Assembly (NCBI GenBank): GCA_035221665.1
Contig: CM069141.1
Location: 36,580,001 to 36,644,000 of the forward strand
Length of the DNA: 64,000 nucleotides
Source: Okamejei kenojei
Taxonomy: Eukaryota
Direction of reading: 5' to 3'
Shown: positions 1 through 13,029 of the stretch, in pieces
Numbering within the stretch: the stretch's first letter is position 1
Layout: each line of letters starts with the position of its first letter
Translations under genes and position numbers: made by a program
Notes under the pieces: generated by a model
What the model saw: only the letters and a program-made list of their open reading frames with translations
Told to the model about the DNA's origin: nothing
Database searches by the model: none

Positions 1-1220
1 TGCATTAGTGCTGCATTGACCCAATCAGTGTTTGACTATAGCTCACTCCATGAAACTTGTCTTATGGGATTGGGGACCCTTCTAACATATTAATAATGGT
101 CCCACATCACATTCAACTCAACAGGTGCATTGAACATTACATCATTATTTGTGAGATTAATTTTGCAAAGTTTCTGAAATTATTATTTTTCCTGCCTTTA
201 TACAGAATGTGTCGCATTGTTAAAACTTTGGAAGCTAGTTAAAGAAGAGCACTGTATTGCATAAGCAATAAAAAATTAAAAACAAGAAATGATTTGAAAA
301 ATACGCAACTAGCACAAGTGTGCAATTTAGCAGAGATGTGAGTAAGCAAAGATCAATAACATTGTCGTTGACGATTAGAAGTGGTGACCGGCATTTTGCC
401 AATGAAGGACAGCATTTATGAAATTCTTTACACAGGGTCGATGACTTGTCTTTGCAGGACTGCAAAGCTTTGTTGATATAATGGTGCCATAGAGGATGTA
501 CACAACATTCCAGTGAATTAAAAACTAAATAGTGAACTGATGGTTTATGTACTATTCAAAAGCGCAAGAATGCAGAAAGCTCAAGCCCTGAAGAGTTTCG
601 TAATGCTAAATGAATGCCATATGTTCCACTTCTTGGATAACCAGGGCAAATATTTCCCACATTAGAATAATCTTGCTGCCAATCCACAAAAGTGTCACAA
701 CTACAAATTTATCCAACAATTTATTTATCTTATATCTGAATATTTAGCTTACAAGATTTATACAGACACTTTAGAACATAACTCTAGCTGTAAATTCAAG
801 TAAATAAAGTTGTTCTCTAATTGCTGATCTGCAATTACATTATGGCTGAAAGATGTTGTTTGAATCTGATTTTCATTTCAACATTGTTAATTTTATTTTG
901 GGGGCAGGGTTAACTAAATTACATTTCGTCTAAGTATTTTGATTAAAGCTGCTAAATAAGCTTTGAAGGATAACATAAGACAATATGTCAAAATGTAATG
1001 GTTAAGTGATACCAAAGTTGGGTTTTAAAAGCCAGAAGATTGTTGGATTAGAAAAGACAATAAAATGTACATTTTAGGTTGCTGACCATCCATTAAAGGT
1101 AATTATTTCGAATGAAAGGTCATTTATCTTGAAAAATGCATTCTGTTTCTCATTCCATTTAAGATACCTGACTTGTTAAGTACTTCCAGAATCTTCTGGT
1201 TTTATATATAACATCAGTTT

Positions 1221-1514
1221 AAGAATAAGGAGTAAGCCATTTAGAATGGAGACGAGGAAACACTTTTTCTCTCAGAGAGTGGTGAGTCTGTGGAATTCTC
1301 TGCCGCAGAGGGCGGTAGAGGTGAGTTCTCTGGATGCTTTCAAGAGAGAGCTAGATAGGGCTCTTAAAAATAGCGGAGTCAGGGGATATGGGGAGAAGGC
1401 AGGAACGGGGTACTGATTGGGGATAATCAGCCATGATAACAATGAATGGTGGTGCTGGCTCGAAGGGCCAAATGGCTTAATCCTACACCTATTGTCTATT
1501 GTCTTTTGTCTATT
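1221..1514 (+). mobile_element. CR1/HER1-type LINE 3' fragment
   Basis: Encodes the ORF2 C-terminus (FFSQRVVSLWNSLPQRAVE..SLDAFKRELD), followed by the 3' UTR 'ggctcgaagggccaaatgg' and a (tattgtc)n-like tail. Confidence 0.85.
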
Positions 1515-1910
1515 ATGTACAGTATTTTGAAAGATCGAAGAACAATAGATTAGGATTAGGAAACACACAAATTGTAAATACATTTTGTTTGCAGTGTATG
1601 AATAGTGTTGTACTGTTAACATGTACAGAGATTTAGCAAAGTTGATTCCCCAAGATAGTTTCCTGACAAAAGGAAATCCAAATACAAAAATACATTTTTT
1701 CCTGGTATAAAAACAGAAAATGCTGAAATGTACAGTTTTGATGAAAGATCTTTGACCTGAAGCATTCTCTATTACCAGAGATGCGCTCCACCGATATTTT
1801 CTGTAGATTTCTAGCATCTGCGGGTTTTTTGGTTTTCACTTATTTTAGTTCGAATTAGAAAGACATGAAAAATGTGTTTCCTGACGTAGAGGGAGCATGA
1901 AGGAGGAACT

Positions 1911-2140
1911 TCACATAGAACCTAGAACAGTATGGCCTAGGAACAGACCCTTCTGTGCCAAAGAGATGTCGACAAACTAATATCTGCCTGCACATAATCC
2001 ATACCCCTTCAATCCCAGTATATTCATATGCTTATCCAAACGCCTCTTAAATGCCACTGTCTTCACCGCTATTCACGGCTGTGCATTTCAGACACCCATC
2101 ATCCTCTGTGTAAAATACTTGCCTCGCACCTCTCCTTTAA
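1911..2140 (-). mobile_element. Decayed CR1 LINE 3' fragment
   Basis: 'catagaacctagaacag...gaacagacccttc' tail and 'ataatccatacccc' match the reverse complement of other CR1 3' ends in the window. Confidence 0.6.
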
Positions 2141-2619
2141 CAGTAAATATAAAGTATTTAGTGAAGTGGGAAAAGGAAACTTCAACACACAGACAGACAT
2201 TTGGCTGTGGTATCCAGTCATGTTCACATTCAAGGTTGGATTAGATGTGTGTGTGACAGGAAATTATGTGTGTGAAGGATTATGGACAATAAATGTCAAT
2301 ATGATCAGAAAGTGCACCAAGCTAAATTTTATTATATTGCAATTTCAATGCATTTCCAACAAGAAGAAGGAAGAATACAGAAGATGGTGTATTTAAAACA
2401 TAGGAAGAATGAAAAAAAGGAAAATCCAAATGGTGCTAACCACGGCAATATTGTAATGGATAATTAGTTTATAAATCAAACCTGTAAGACTGGTGGGAGA
2501 ACTGGGAAGGGGGAGGGGATGGAGAGAGAGGAAAAGTAACGACTATTTGAAGTTAGAGATGTCAATGATCTTTCCGCTGAGGTATGAACATTGACTTCTC
2601 TAACTTCAAATAACAGGGG

Positions 2620-2905
2620 CTTCAATTGCCCCGACACGGGAGCTCCGACCGCCAGCTGTGGGAGCTTAGATTGCCCTGACGGATGGTTCGACTGCCCCAA
2701 CCGCAGTAGAATAAAGAGGAAGAAGGTTGGACTTTATTGCCTACCATCACAGTGAGGAATGTGGGAATTCGCTGTGGTTGATTTTTATGTTAACTTTTAT
2801 GTAGTTGTGTGTCTTGTTGCTTTATTTTTGGTTTGGCTGTGTGGTAATTCACATATTGTCACATGTACCTTGATTGGTACATGTGACAATAAAGACCTTT
2901 GAAAC
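2620..2905 (+). mobile_element. GC-rich SINE-like element with a Rex1/L2-type 3' stem-loop tail
   Basis: GC/CpG-rich head, then a perfect 16-bp hairpin tattgtcacatgtacc/ggtacatgtgacaata (2854-2891) running into 'aataaa'; similar tails at ~27795 and ~60545. Confidence 0.5.
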
Positions 2906-3439
2906 AACAACTGTCATTTACCTGAAACATTAATTTTGTGTCCCTGTAAACAAGGCAGAAGTCATCCTTCGACTCTATTGCAGTAAATATTCATCTTAAC
3001 TCTTGATTCTGTCCCTCTCTGGCTTCTCCTTTGGGTTTAATCCATCTGGCACCGAATAAGCTTTAGATTTCACATCCCAAATATTTTATTCCCTGAAACT
3101 TTGGTTCCATCTCTTCAAACCTTAATCCCACTGTTAAAACCTTTTATTTGGTGTTCTCTTTGACAGTTTTCCTAAATGTTATTCTGTTCAAAACATACTG
3201 AAATCCATTGCTTACAATTTATTCTTCATTAAGTTCTGTTTTCACTGATCTTGATTGGCTGGAAACTGATTTCAAAATCCTTTACCTTTATTTTTCTCTG
3301 TTCTATATTCATTTATAATAAAAAGTAAATATAATATAAAAACTGTGCAACACTCATAATTTATTCTAAGTGTGTCCATACGTTTAATATTGCTGATATT
3401 ACACCCTATAATGTTAGCACCTCTCTTTTCCTTTTCACA

Positions 3440-4450
3440 CAGCACCATTCCCACTCATGTGGCCCCCAGCGGTGATGTGCCATCCTTTTGTCTGAGGGGT
3501 GTCCCCACCGGTCTCAGCCCCTCAATGTCCAGCAGTGGAAGGAGCCTTGACTGTGGTCCTACCCCACTGAGCCTTCATGTTGGCTGCACCAAGCTTCAGT
3601 GTGTCCTTCAGCAAGTACCCCTGCAGTCTGGAATGGTTCAGTTGCTAGTATTTCCTGAGGAATATCTTGCTGTGCTGGAAGATCAACAAGTGGGCAGACT
3701 AAAGAGCATCCTTCACTGAATTGATGGTCTTCCAGCAGCGCTTGATGTCCTTCCTTGATGCATCCCTGGCAACAGGCCATAGATCCATTCATTTTTTATT
3801 TCAAAAATAAACTTTTTTTCAGAATTAAAATACATACAAAATCAAAACAGTGCAAAAACTTTTCACATATTCTCAGTGTCTATATATTCAATAGTTGATA
3901 CACAGTGGTAATCACAACACCTTTACACAAAACACCTTTGCCACACACAGTCCCCTGGGCTGATATACCATCCCCTATTTGAAAGGTGTCCCCACTGGAC
4001 TGTGCCCCTCAATGTCCACAACTGAAGGAAACTAGACTCTGGTCCTCCCCCACAGAGCTTTCACATTGGCTGCATCAGGTGTCAGTGCTCAATTCCTTTC
4101 TCCTGCAGCAGCACATTCTCCTGTAGTCTGGAATAGGCCAGTCGACAACATTCCTTGACAGACATCTCACTGTGCTCGGAGACCAGCAAGATTCAGGCAA
4201 ATGAAATAACGTTTCACCAAATTGATGGTGTTCGAGCAGTGCTCCAAATGTGTCCCTGGAAGCAACTAATTCAGAAAGTCCACTGTTACAGAGCAGTTTG
4301 GGAGAAGCAGTGACAAGGGCACTTGCTTCATTCTCCAGACCTTCTTCACAACTCCACAATCGAGGAAGAGGTGGGCAATTGTCTCCTCCCCATAGCAGCT
4401 GCCCTGAGGACAGTCATGCGTCGGTAGTGAGTCTCTGATGTTACAGGAAG
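3440..4450 (-). mobile_element. Two tandem Tx1/L1-clade LINE 3' fragments
   Basis: ORF 4266..4616 contains the zf-RVT-like motif CPQGSCYGEETIAHLFLDC; the same C-terminal block (HSRLQ..L.D.LKLGAAN.KA.WG.T.V) recurs at ~3550-3640 and ~4040-4135. Confidence 0.7.
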
Positions 4451-4599
4451 GATCTGACAGGGAGGGCTCGCCACCAGTCACGCAAGGTCTTGGTACTTGC
4501 CAATGAGTTCTTTCAATGAAGCATTTCGCCAGACAAACTGAGCAGTCTGCTACTGTTACTGACACTGTGAAACAGAGAAAATAACTGCTCATCAGAATT

Positions 4600-5760
4600 G
4601 CAAGAGATGAAGCCAATCAAATTAATTTACTTTTACCCAAGGATTTGAATAAGGGATATTGAATAAAGAATAGATTGGGGCCCAGATATACATAACTGAT
4701 ATCAATAATCCAGCTGAAAGGGCCAACTGTCATATTTCCACGTTTGCAAATGGTATACCTTGTAGGATTATTAAAAGGGATGAGGATGGAAAGGGGATAT
4801 AGACAAGCAGAGTGAATGGGAAAGTACAAGATAGTGGAAAGTAAAATGGAAATGATGAAGTTAACCATTTTGGAGCATGAAGCAATTTTATTTTAAATGG
4901 TGTGATTAGGTTACAATGTTCAAAGGGATTGTGTAAACGTCACTGAAAGTCAGTAGGCACACGCAGCAAGCAATTGGGAAGACATGTGGTATACTGGCCT
5001 AAGAGGATTTGGATACAGAGTAAAGATGTCGTACTGCAATTTTGTAGGACTTTGATAAGACTGCACCTAGAAGAATGTGTCTACATTTAACATATCTTAC
5101 CTCAAAGATGAAAATACAGTGAACCTAGTGCAGTGAACATTCACCAGATATTCATGGATAGAAAGTCTGCCATATTCTCCAGAATGAGAGATCTTATTGA
5201 AACCTTTTACACAATTCAACAGACTAGATGCAGGGAGGATATTTCCTTGATTAAGAAATTTAGAACCAAGGATCACAGGATCAGACTAAGGGAAGGCCAT
5301 TTTGGACTGAGATTTAGTTTTTCAGTTTGGAGATACAGCGCAGAAACAGGTCCTTCGGCCCACCGAGTCCGCACCCACCAGCCACTCCACACATTAACAC
5401 TATCCTACACACACTAGGGACAATTTACATATACTCCAAGCCGATTAACCTACAAACCTGTATATCTTTGGAGTGTGGGAGGAAACCGAAGATCTTGGAG
5501 AAAACCCACGCGGTCACGGGGAGAAAGTACAAACTCCGTACAGATAGCACCCGTAGTTGGGATCGAACCTGCGTCTCCGGCACTGCAAGAGCTGTAAGGC
5601 AGCAACTATATTGCTGTGCCGCCCATAGAGGTAGTGATTTTTTGGAAGTCTCTACCCTGTTGTGCTGTGGGGCATCAGTCACAGAATTCATTCAAGACAA
5701 GATTCACAGATTGCTGAATATTTAAGGAAATTAAGGGTAAAAGGAAAGTGCAGGCAGAAA
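4600..5760 (+). mobile_element. Old CR1 LINE fragment interrupted by a SINE
   Basis: Decayed ORF2 C-terminal motifs (MRDLIETF, RTKDHRIRLRE in ORF 5133..5417). Confidence 0.6.
5313..5623 (-). mobile_element. HE1-like tRNA-derived V-SINE
   Basis: tRNA-like head with B box (ggttcgatccc on -), V-domain 'tgtactttctccccgtgaccgcgtgggttttctcc', and a CR1-like 3' tail 'gggccgaaggacctgtttctgcgctgtatctc'. Confidence 0.85.
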
Positions 5761-6262
5761 TCCCTGAGGTAGAAAATCTGTCTTGATTTTCATTGGGTTG
5801 AAGGCAATGGAAAATTAGAACAAAACTCTCTGGTAAATAATATAATCATACACCATTATACGATCTCATGAGGCTGCAATGGAGATTATTGAATAAAAAC
5901 ATGTTTGCTCAGATTAATCTTCCTTGGAATGCTGTTGGCAGCTAATTAACTCTGTCAAGCAGGTATTACAAATATCCAACGATTTTGTAATTAGGTAATT
6001 TTACCTTGCCTTGAAGTCTAAACTTGTCATTGTATTCTGGCGTCATGGTTGGGAATTGTGTGCTGCAGAAGATCTATAAACCTTTGCTTTATATCTGCAT
6101 TCATATTTCTTGATGTACTGTAAAAATATGTGATTTCAATTAGGTTACAGAACTGAACATGACGAATGACGTTGGGAATGTTAAACAAAAGCCTGCTACT
6201 TACCCCTGCTGCATGGAATTAATAGCGCTGAAAAGGTGACACAACTTCTCTGTTCTTTGCAG

Positions 6263-6322
6263 AAATTATGTAGTGTGATTCCCTCACAGAGATTAACTAA
6301 ACTGGATGAATGCTTCATGCAG
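6263..6322 (+). CDS. Candidate 60-bp internal exon (KLCSVIPSQRLTKLDECFMQ), host gene unknown
   Basis: Acceptor cttctctgttctttgcag, donor CAG|gtgaac, open only in phase 0, lies in apparently non-repetitive DNA. Confidence 0.2.
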
Positions 6323-8056
6323 GTGAACAAAACTTTATTTCAATTTACTCAGTACTATCTTACATCTGGGCAACACCCAAAGCTACAATTTCAAGTCTTC
6401 TTATAAATTACTTCACAAGCCTTTTCTTGTAGCAGAAAATAATTTCTGTTTATAGCATGTCCCTCCCTCAATAGTTTGCCTGATCTCAAAGATCTTTTGG
6501 TTAAGTTTAACAAAATAAAAGGAACACGAGTAAATTGGTTTGATTACTCTGTTAAAGTTAAAAGATGTTGCAAATCAGAAACAGTTCACTACCTTGGAAA
6601 CAGCATTCAAGTTTACCATATTTGCCAATGTATTCACAATTTCCAAGAACCATATTCTGGAGACCATTAATGATTATATAATCACATCATACAGATACAG
6701 GCCCTTCAGCCCAGGGAGTCCATGTAGACCAACACGCACCCACTTTTATGCTAATTCCAAATTATTTTGCCCACGACAAACCTTCAAGACTCTACCATTC
6801 ATCTGCACACAAGGGGCACTTCATAGTGACCAATTAACCTATTAGCTATGGGAAATTAATAGCAGTCTGCCTGTTTCAACATATGGATAATTAAAAATCA
6901 GCTTCTGATTTTACCAAAGAAAATTATATACAATATTTATTATATACAATTATATTAACTGCAATCAAAAAATAAATGTGTAAAGGCAAAGGGTAATGCA
7001 ATTCATAATTTCATTAATTGTACTATTTGAGTCCAAATAGTACAATTGCAAACATTTAATGATGGATGATTGGACTTAACAATGGTCTTTGCATCCGCAG
7101 TTATATTCACCTGATAACAGAAAAATATATAGTGGTGAATACAAGAGAAAAGGAATTTTGGTTTTCACTTACTGTAAAGCTGATATTTCAAACTTGCCAG
7201 CATTGTTATTCGCTGCCTTATTTTAGACATTTTCAATAGCAGTGGTTTGGCTTTAGACCAAGAACCATTATGAGTGAGTGTGAGGTACTCTACATGTGTG
7301 CGAATGGATATATTCTGGACACCCTTATAATAAAAGAACCTCATTGTAGTCCTCATCTAAATACTCTGAGGCTGTTTAGTTATTTGAACCAACCCCATGG
7401 CTCCCATCACATAATGCAAGATTGTAGCCAGAGTACATCTTCTTGTGACATGACTCCTCTCACCTAATGTATTTTTACCTTGCAGTGCCAGGGTGACAGT
7501 CATGATGGTGCACTGTGCCCAGCATCACTGTCATCTTCACCCTTCCTCTTGCTCACCCAGCCCCTCCTGCACCAACTGTGAGAGGGGAAACAGAAGGCTC
7601 CTCTGTATAAAATATTGTAAGATCTCTTGCCATTGTTCTATGTTGCAGGGATCCTCACATGTGGAGGTGACAAATGTAGACACCTCATGTCAGAATCCCC
7701 TAATTGTGGCACTAACAGCTTGCTTGCAATCCCTATGCCCCACCTCTCATCCGAAAGATCTCTTTCCTGGCAGCTACCACAATTCCATGGACTTCTTTGT
7801 CCCTTGTGTGACTGTGAGAGCTGAATCCTCTCCACTCTGCTCTGTGCCAACCATAATGTATTTTGCAGCTATGTGGCAGCTGTGAGGTTGGGGTGTGTTT
7901 TAAAGGCTGATGGCCTCTGATTGTATCATAGCTTTGTCCAATTGAATTATATCCTATTGGGAACTATCCCATTTTGTATTGGTTGCAAATCATCTTAATT
8001 GTATTTCAAACATCTTTTTGACTGCTTTTACAATTTTTGTAGTGGCCAATTGACAT

Positions 8057-9592
8057 CATATAACCATATAACCATATAACAATCACAGCACGGAAACAGG
8101 CCCTCTCGGCCCTTCCAGTCCGTGCCGACCATTTGTTTCCCCTAGTCCCATCTACCTGCACTCAGACCATACCCCTCCATTCCCTTCACGTCCATATACC
8201 TATCCACTTTAGTCTTAAATGTTAAAATCGATCCTGCCTCCACCGCTTCTGCTGGAAGCTCATTCCACACAGCCACCACCCTCTGAGTAAAGAAGTTCCC
8301 CCTCACGTTACCCCGAAACTTCTGTCCCTTAATTCTCATGTCATGCCCTCTTGTTTGAATCTTCCCTACCCTCAATGGGAAAAACGTATCCACGTCAACT
8401 CTGTCTATCCCTTTCATCATTTTAAAGACCTCAATCAAGTCCCCCCTTAACCTTCTGCGCTCCAAAGAATAAAGACCTAACTTGTTCAACCTTTCTCTGT
8501 AACATACAGTGGACCCAACACAGATCCCTGAGGCACCCCACTGGTCACCAGCTTCCAACCTGACAAACAGCCATCCACCATTACTCTCTGACATCTCCCA
8601 TTCAGCCACTGTTGAATCCATCTTGCTACTCCGCCATTAACACCCAAAGATTGAACCTTCTTAACCAACCTTCCATGGGGAACCTTGTCAAAGGCCTTAC
8701 TGAAATCCATATAGACAACATCCACTGCTTTACCCTCATCAATTTCCCTAGTTACCGCTTCAAAAAATTAAAGAAGGTTTGTCAAACATGACCTTCCAAG
8801 CACAAATCCATGTTGACTGTTCCTGGTCAGACCCTATTTATCCAGATGCTTATATATATTATCTCTAAGTATCCTTTCCATTAACTTGCCCACCACTGAC
8901 GTCAAACTAATAGGTCTATAATTGCTAGGTTTATTCTTTGAACCCTTTTTAAACAATGGAACAACATGCGCAGTACGCCAATCCTCCGGCACTATTCCCG
9001 TTTCTAATGACATTTGAAATATTTCTGTCATAGCTCCTGCTATTTCTACACTAACTTCCCTCAATGTCCTAGGGAATATCCTGTCAGGACCTGGAGACTT
9101 ATCCACTTTTATATTTTTCAAAAGTGTCAGTACTTCCTCCTCTTTGAATCTCATAGTTTCCATAGCTACTCTACTTTTTCCCCTTAACTCACCGAGTTCA
9201 ATATCCTTCTCCTTGGTGAATACCGAAGAAAAGAAATTGTTCAATATCTCCCCCATCTCTTTTGGCTCTGCAGATAGCTGTCCATTCTGGTTCTCTAATG
9301 GTCCAATTTTATCCCTCGTTATCCTTTTGCTATTAATATAGCTGTAGAAACCCTTTGGGTTTACTTTCACCTTTCTTGCCAAAGCAACCTCATATCTTCT
9401 TTTAGCCTTCCTAATTTCTTTCTTAAGATTCTTTTTACATTCTTTATACTCCTCTAGCACCTCATTTACTCCATGCCTCCTATAATTATTGTAGATATCT
9501 CTCTTTTTTCGAAACAAGTGTCCAATTTCCCTTGAAAACCATGGCTCTTTCCAATTTTTACTATAACCATGGCTCTTTCCAATTTTTACTAT
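8057..9592 (-). mobile_element. Young CR1 LINE, 5'-truncated with an internal deletion
   Basis: ORFs 8834..9517 (KSPGPDRI, NYRPISLTSVVGKLME), 8486..8725 (DFSKAFDKVPH, GVPQGSVLGP) and 8142..8621 (LERRRLRGDLIEVFK); (catataac)n tail at 8057-8080. Confidence 0.95.
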
Positions 9593-12500
9593 TCTTCAAT
9601 AAACACAACTGTTTTGTAAACAACCAAGTGCTGGAGGAACTCAACAGGTCAGACACCATGGAGGATATGGATACAAGGTTTTGTGTCAGGGCCTTTCTTA
9701 CGTGTGTTGGAATAGATATCAATGTATCTTGTAGACAAATAACTCAGGAAGAAGGTTTTAACAAATAAGTAGATGTGAGGTTAATTACTGAAGATTAGTT
9801 AATTCAGGTTCATTACTGAACTAGATGTGAGGTTAATTACAATTCCATAAACTTTGAACACATTTTGATTTTACTTCGGAGTCACGTGAGTGACTACGTG
9901 AAGAACCCGCCTGGCGCTGGCAAACGGCATTACGTCGACGCTGACGGCAGAAGCAGGAGCTGCACAGACAGCTCCTCGACAGCGGTAGGTTCGGAACCGG
10001 CAGGTAAGTGCTGTTGAAAAACATTTTTAGGACTAGAAAACTCCGTGCCTGGTGGAAACCAGGATTTTAAAGGTTTTAAAAACTAACTAAAAGTTTAAAT
10101 TGAACAGATATACTCTGTTAAAATAACGGAGTTTTAAAAAGAACGTCCCAGGGGAATACCCAGCGATCGGGACGAGAGATTAATTACGGGGCCGGTTCCG
10201 ATACTGGTACCGTTTAAAATACGGTAGAAAGGTTTAAATGCTCCACAATTTTGGCAGGATATTTTAAAAGTCAGAAAGACTGTATTTTTAAAAAAGTTAA
10301 TAAAATTCGCGATATGGAGAAAGTACTCCATAATATAAAAAGAGACTAGGGTCACAGTACCCAAACAGTTCCCCAAAAAAGACCCTGAGGGGCTTGAATG
10401 TACTAAAGACCAGGGTCACAGTACCCAAACAGTTCCCCAAAAAAGACCCTGAGGGGCTTGAATATACAAAATATGGCTATGTGCCAAATTGAAAAATAAA
10501 AACTCTGACCCTGGATAGGGTGGAGGAAGTCTCTTTGGATATAATTCCAAGTGGATCAGGGCTGCAAAAGACAGACCCTGCAAGTGGTGATGTGAATTAT
10601 GAATGCACACCACAAATAAAATAAAAATAAAAGTGAGGCCAGGTGTGCCTGAGATAGCAAACGTTTTGCTATATCTAAAGGAAGTGGTGAGGCTATGGAA
10701 AAACCTAGCTACCTACATTAATTATATGGTATCTCACCAACTTCAAGAATACGATAAAACTTTATGTTTTATTTAAATATCAAATGGTTAATCCATTTAT
10801 AAATATCCATGTCTCAAATATATGAGATATAAGAAATACAATTTCAAAGTTTCAAAATGGTGCAAATATGTAATACTTGCAATATAAAATAAATTGCCAT
10901 TAGTTATGGAGCTTAATAGGAAGAAATATATATAATTTACCGAATCTGCATCATAGGGTTGCAGATTAATACAAATCAGGATATATTAAACTCCTGATTA
11001 TTATAGAATACCTGCCTTATGATAAATCAAAGATATTAATTACAAAAGAACAGACCATGATCTTTAAACTTTGGGAAGGAAAACTATGATCCAATAAAAA
11101 TTTTGATTCATGGATCAAAACAAAGACAAAGATCTTTTATCTTACGGTGAAAAAACTATGATCCAATGAAAAATTTGATGATGGATCAAAATAAAGCAGA
11201 AGTGGTATTATCCAAACATAGCCTTATCTTAACCTATATAATTGGGGAAAAGAAGGCTTGATGTACGTTGAAGAGGTGCAAACATCTGGTTACAAAAATA
11301 AGTAATGAAATCTCCAATTATGGGGGATTACAGGTGTATTATGATGGTTAAAACTTAATATAACTAAGGAGGATTGGTTCACCTGTATAAGGGGAAAACT
11401 GATTTCAGGTTTGCACTCAAAAGTAAATTTTAAAAAGAAGGGAACGTACATGTATATTATAAAATTACCTTAGTGTAACGATTCATGGTATAAACCATAC
11501 AATAATATCATTATTTACACTTTCACAGTGTAAGAAAATAGAAACATCTAGAACATGGAAAACTGTTGTGATTAATAAAGTGTTAATCAATATTACAGGT
11601 GCTTGAAATTAATTAAAGTGGGTCAAGCTGTGCAAGTTAAAAACTTGTCCAAACAATCAATCAGTTCAAGTTGTTAAACTGAACACTGAAGGAACAATAT
11701 ACTGATAAAAGATCAGCACTTGCACTAATGAGGTACATGGTATGGGTTATCTCGATTACATTTAAATTAGAAGAGATAAAGAGCAGCTGCAAATTAGTGC
11801 CTGCCATTACAAACCTGGTGGAGGTAGGACTTGACCCATTACATAAAGCATATGCTCAGGCATTAATAAAATATTTTTAAATTACTATTCTGAATTCAGA
11901 AGTAATTTAAGCACCATAAGAGTGGGGAAAATTGTTCCATGATACAAATATGTATTATTGTTGTTGACATACTTTGTTCCTCCATTAGGTTAGGGGAAAA
12001 TATAAATAAAGTTCAAAAGAAGGAATACAGAAGCTTATAGAATATGTATGCCTTGTGAAGAGGCTTATGCAAAATATCAAATGATACGTTATCATTATTA
12101 GTAATGTAAAAAAGATTCATAAGCTGCTTCAACTATAAAATTACAACTGAAACAAGTGTTACAGATGATGTACAGCTTCTGTGAATGTTTGGGTAAAGAT
12201 AAGAATATTATCTATTCTTATAACAATAATTGTACCAGGCAAACATAAATGGTTTGTCCTAAGAATTTTCCAAACATTCGTATTAATTGTTGAAGTATAA
12301 GGAGTTATGGATAAAAAAGATCGATTGTTTTTATTATGGAACTGTCCATGTCGTATCAAGATGAACAATACCACGGCTGTGGCATATGTTAACTATGGTC
12401 AAATTTGGGAGGAAAATATATTGTCATTATTTTGCATACTTACGATTAATCTGGTTGTATACAGATTAAATCACTGATTTTAAATATTTCTTGTGGGTCA

Positions 12501-12930
12501 CAAGATAAGTCAACAACGATTATGGGATTATCTAAGTAAACAGATGTGGTATGTTTTAAAGTTAGTCCACCTGTTTATCTCTAAGGAAGAGACAATGGTA
12601 TCGGAAGAGAACAAATTTGGGAAGAAAAACATATTGTCATTAATATGGATTACTTACGATTAATCTGATTGCATACAGATTAAATCACTGATCTTTCGAA
12701 TATTCTTGTGGGTAATCTAAGAACAGTGAAGGTGGATGCTTTTCTCCAAATTACATGAGGGAAAGATTCTTTGTGTTCCTCATTTTTGTTTAATAGGGCA
12801 GTGTCTGATGAATATGTAGCAGGACACTGCCAGAGGCATTTTGGTGGCCCAATATGGGTCCTTTATGGTTCATTTTATATTGTGTGATTTTGAACTGCTA
12901 GTGATGATTCATAATGGCAGTAATTTATTG

Positions 12931-13029
12931 AAGTCAAAAAAGGGGTCTCGACCTAGGTCGTTTGCCTGTCTCCCTTTGTTTCTTTGGATGCTGCTGCACC
13001 CACTGGGATCTCCAGGTTGAGAAAACCCT
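12931..13029 (+). mobile_element. Penelope-tail fragment inserted in the DIRS
   Basis: 'gggtctcgacc...gatgctgctgcacccactg' resembles 33905-33975; 14-bp TSD gcagtaatttattg (12917-12930 / 13030-13043). Confidence 0.75.

Noticed and set aside
206-337. Strong acceptor at 205 and donor at 338 as a coding exon
   Set aside because: Stops in all three frames
1272-1817. 181-aa ORF and similar medium ORFs (e.g. 51975..52595, 30176..30670)
   Set aside because: Antisense or chimeric reads through decayed repeats; no host-protein features
5540-5623. tRNA genes at SINE heads (also ~35010, ~54997)
   Set aside because: Degenerate tRNA-derived SINE heads continuous with the V-domain; no complete cloverleaf
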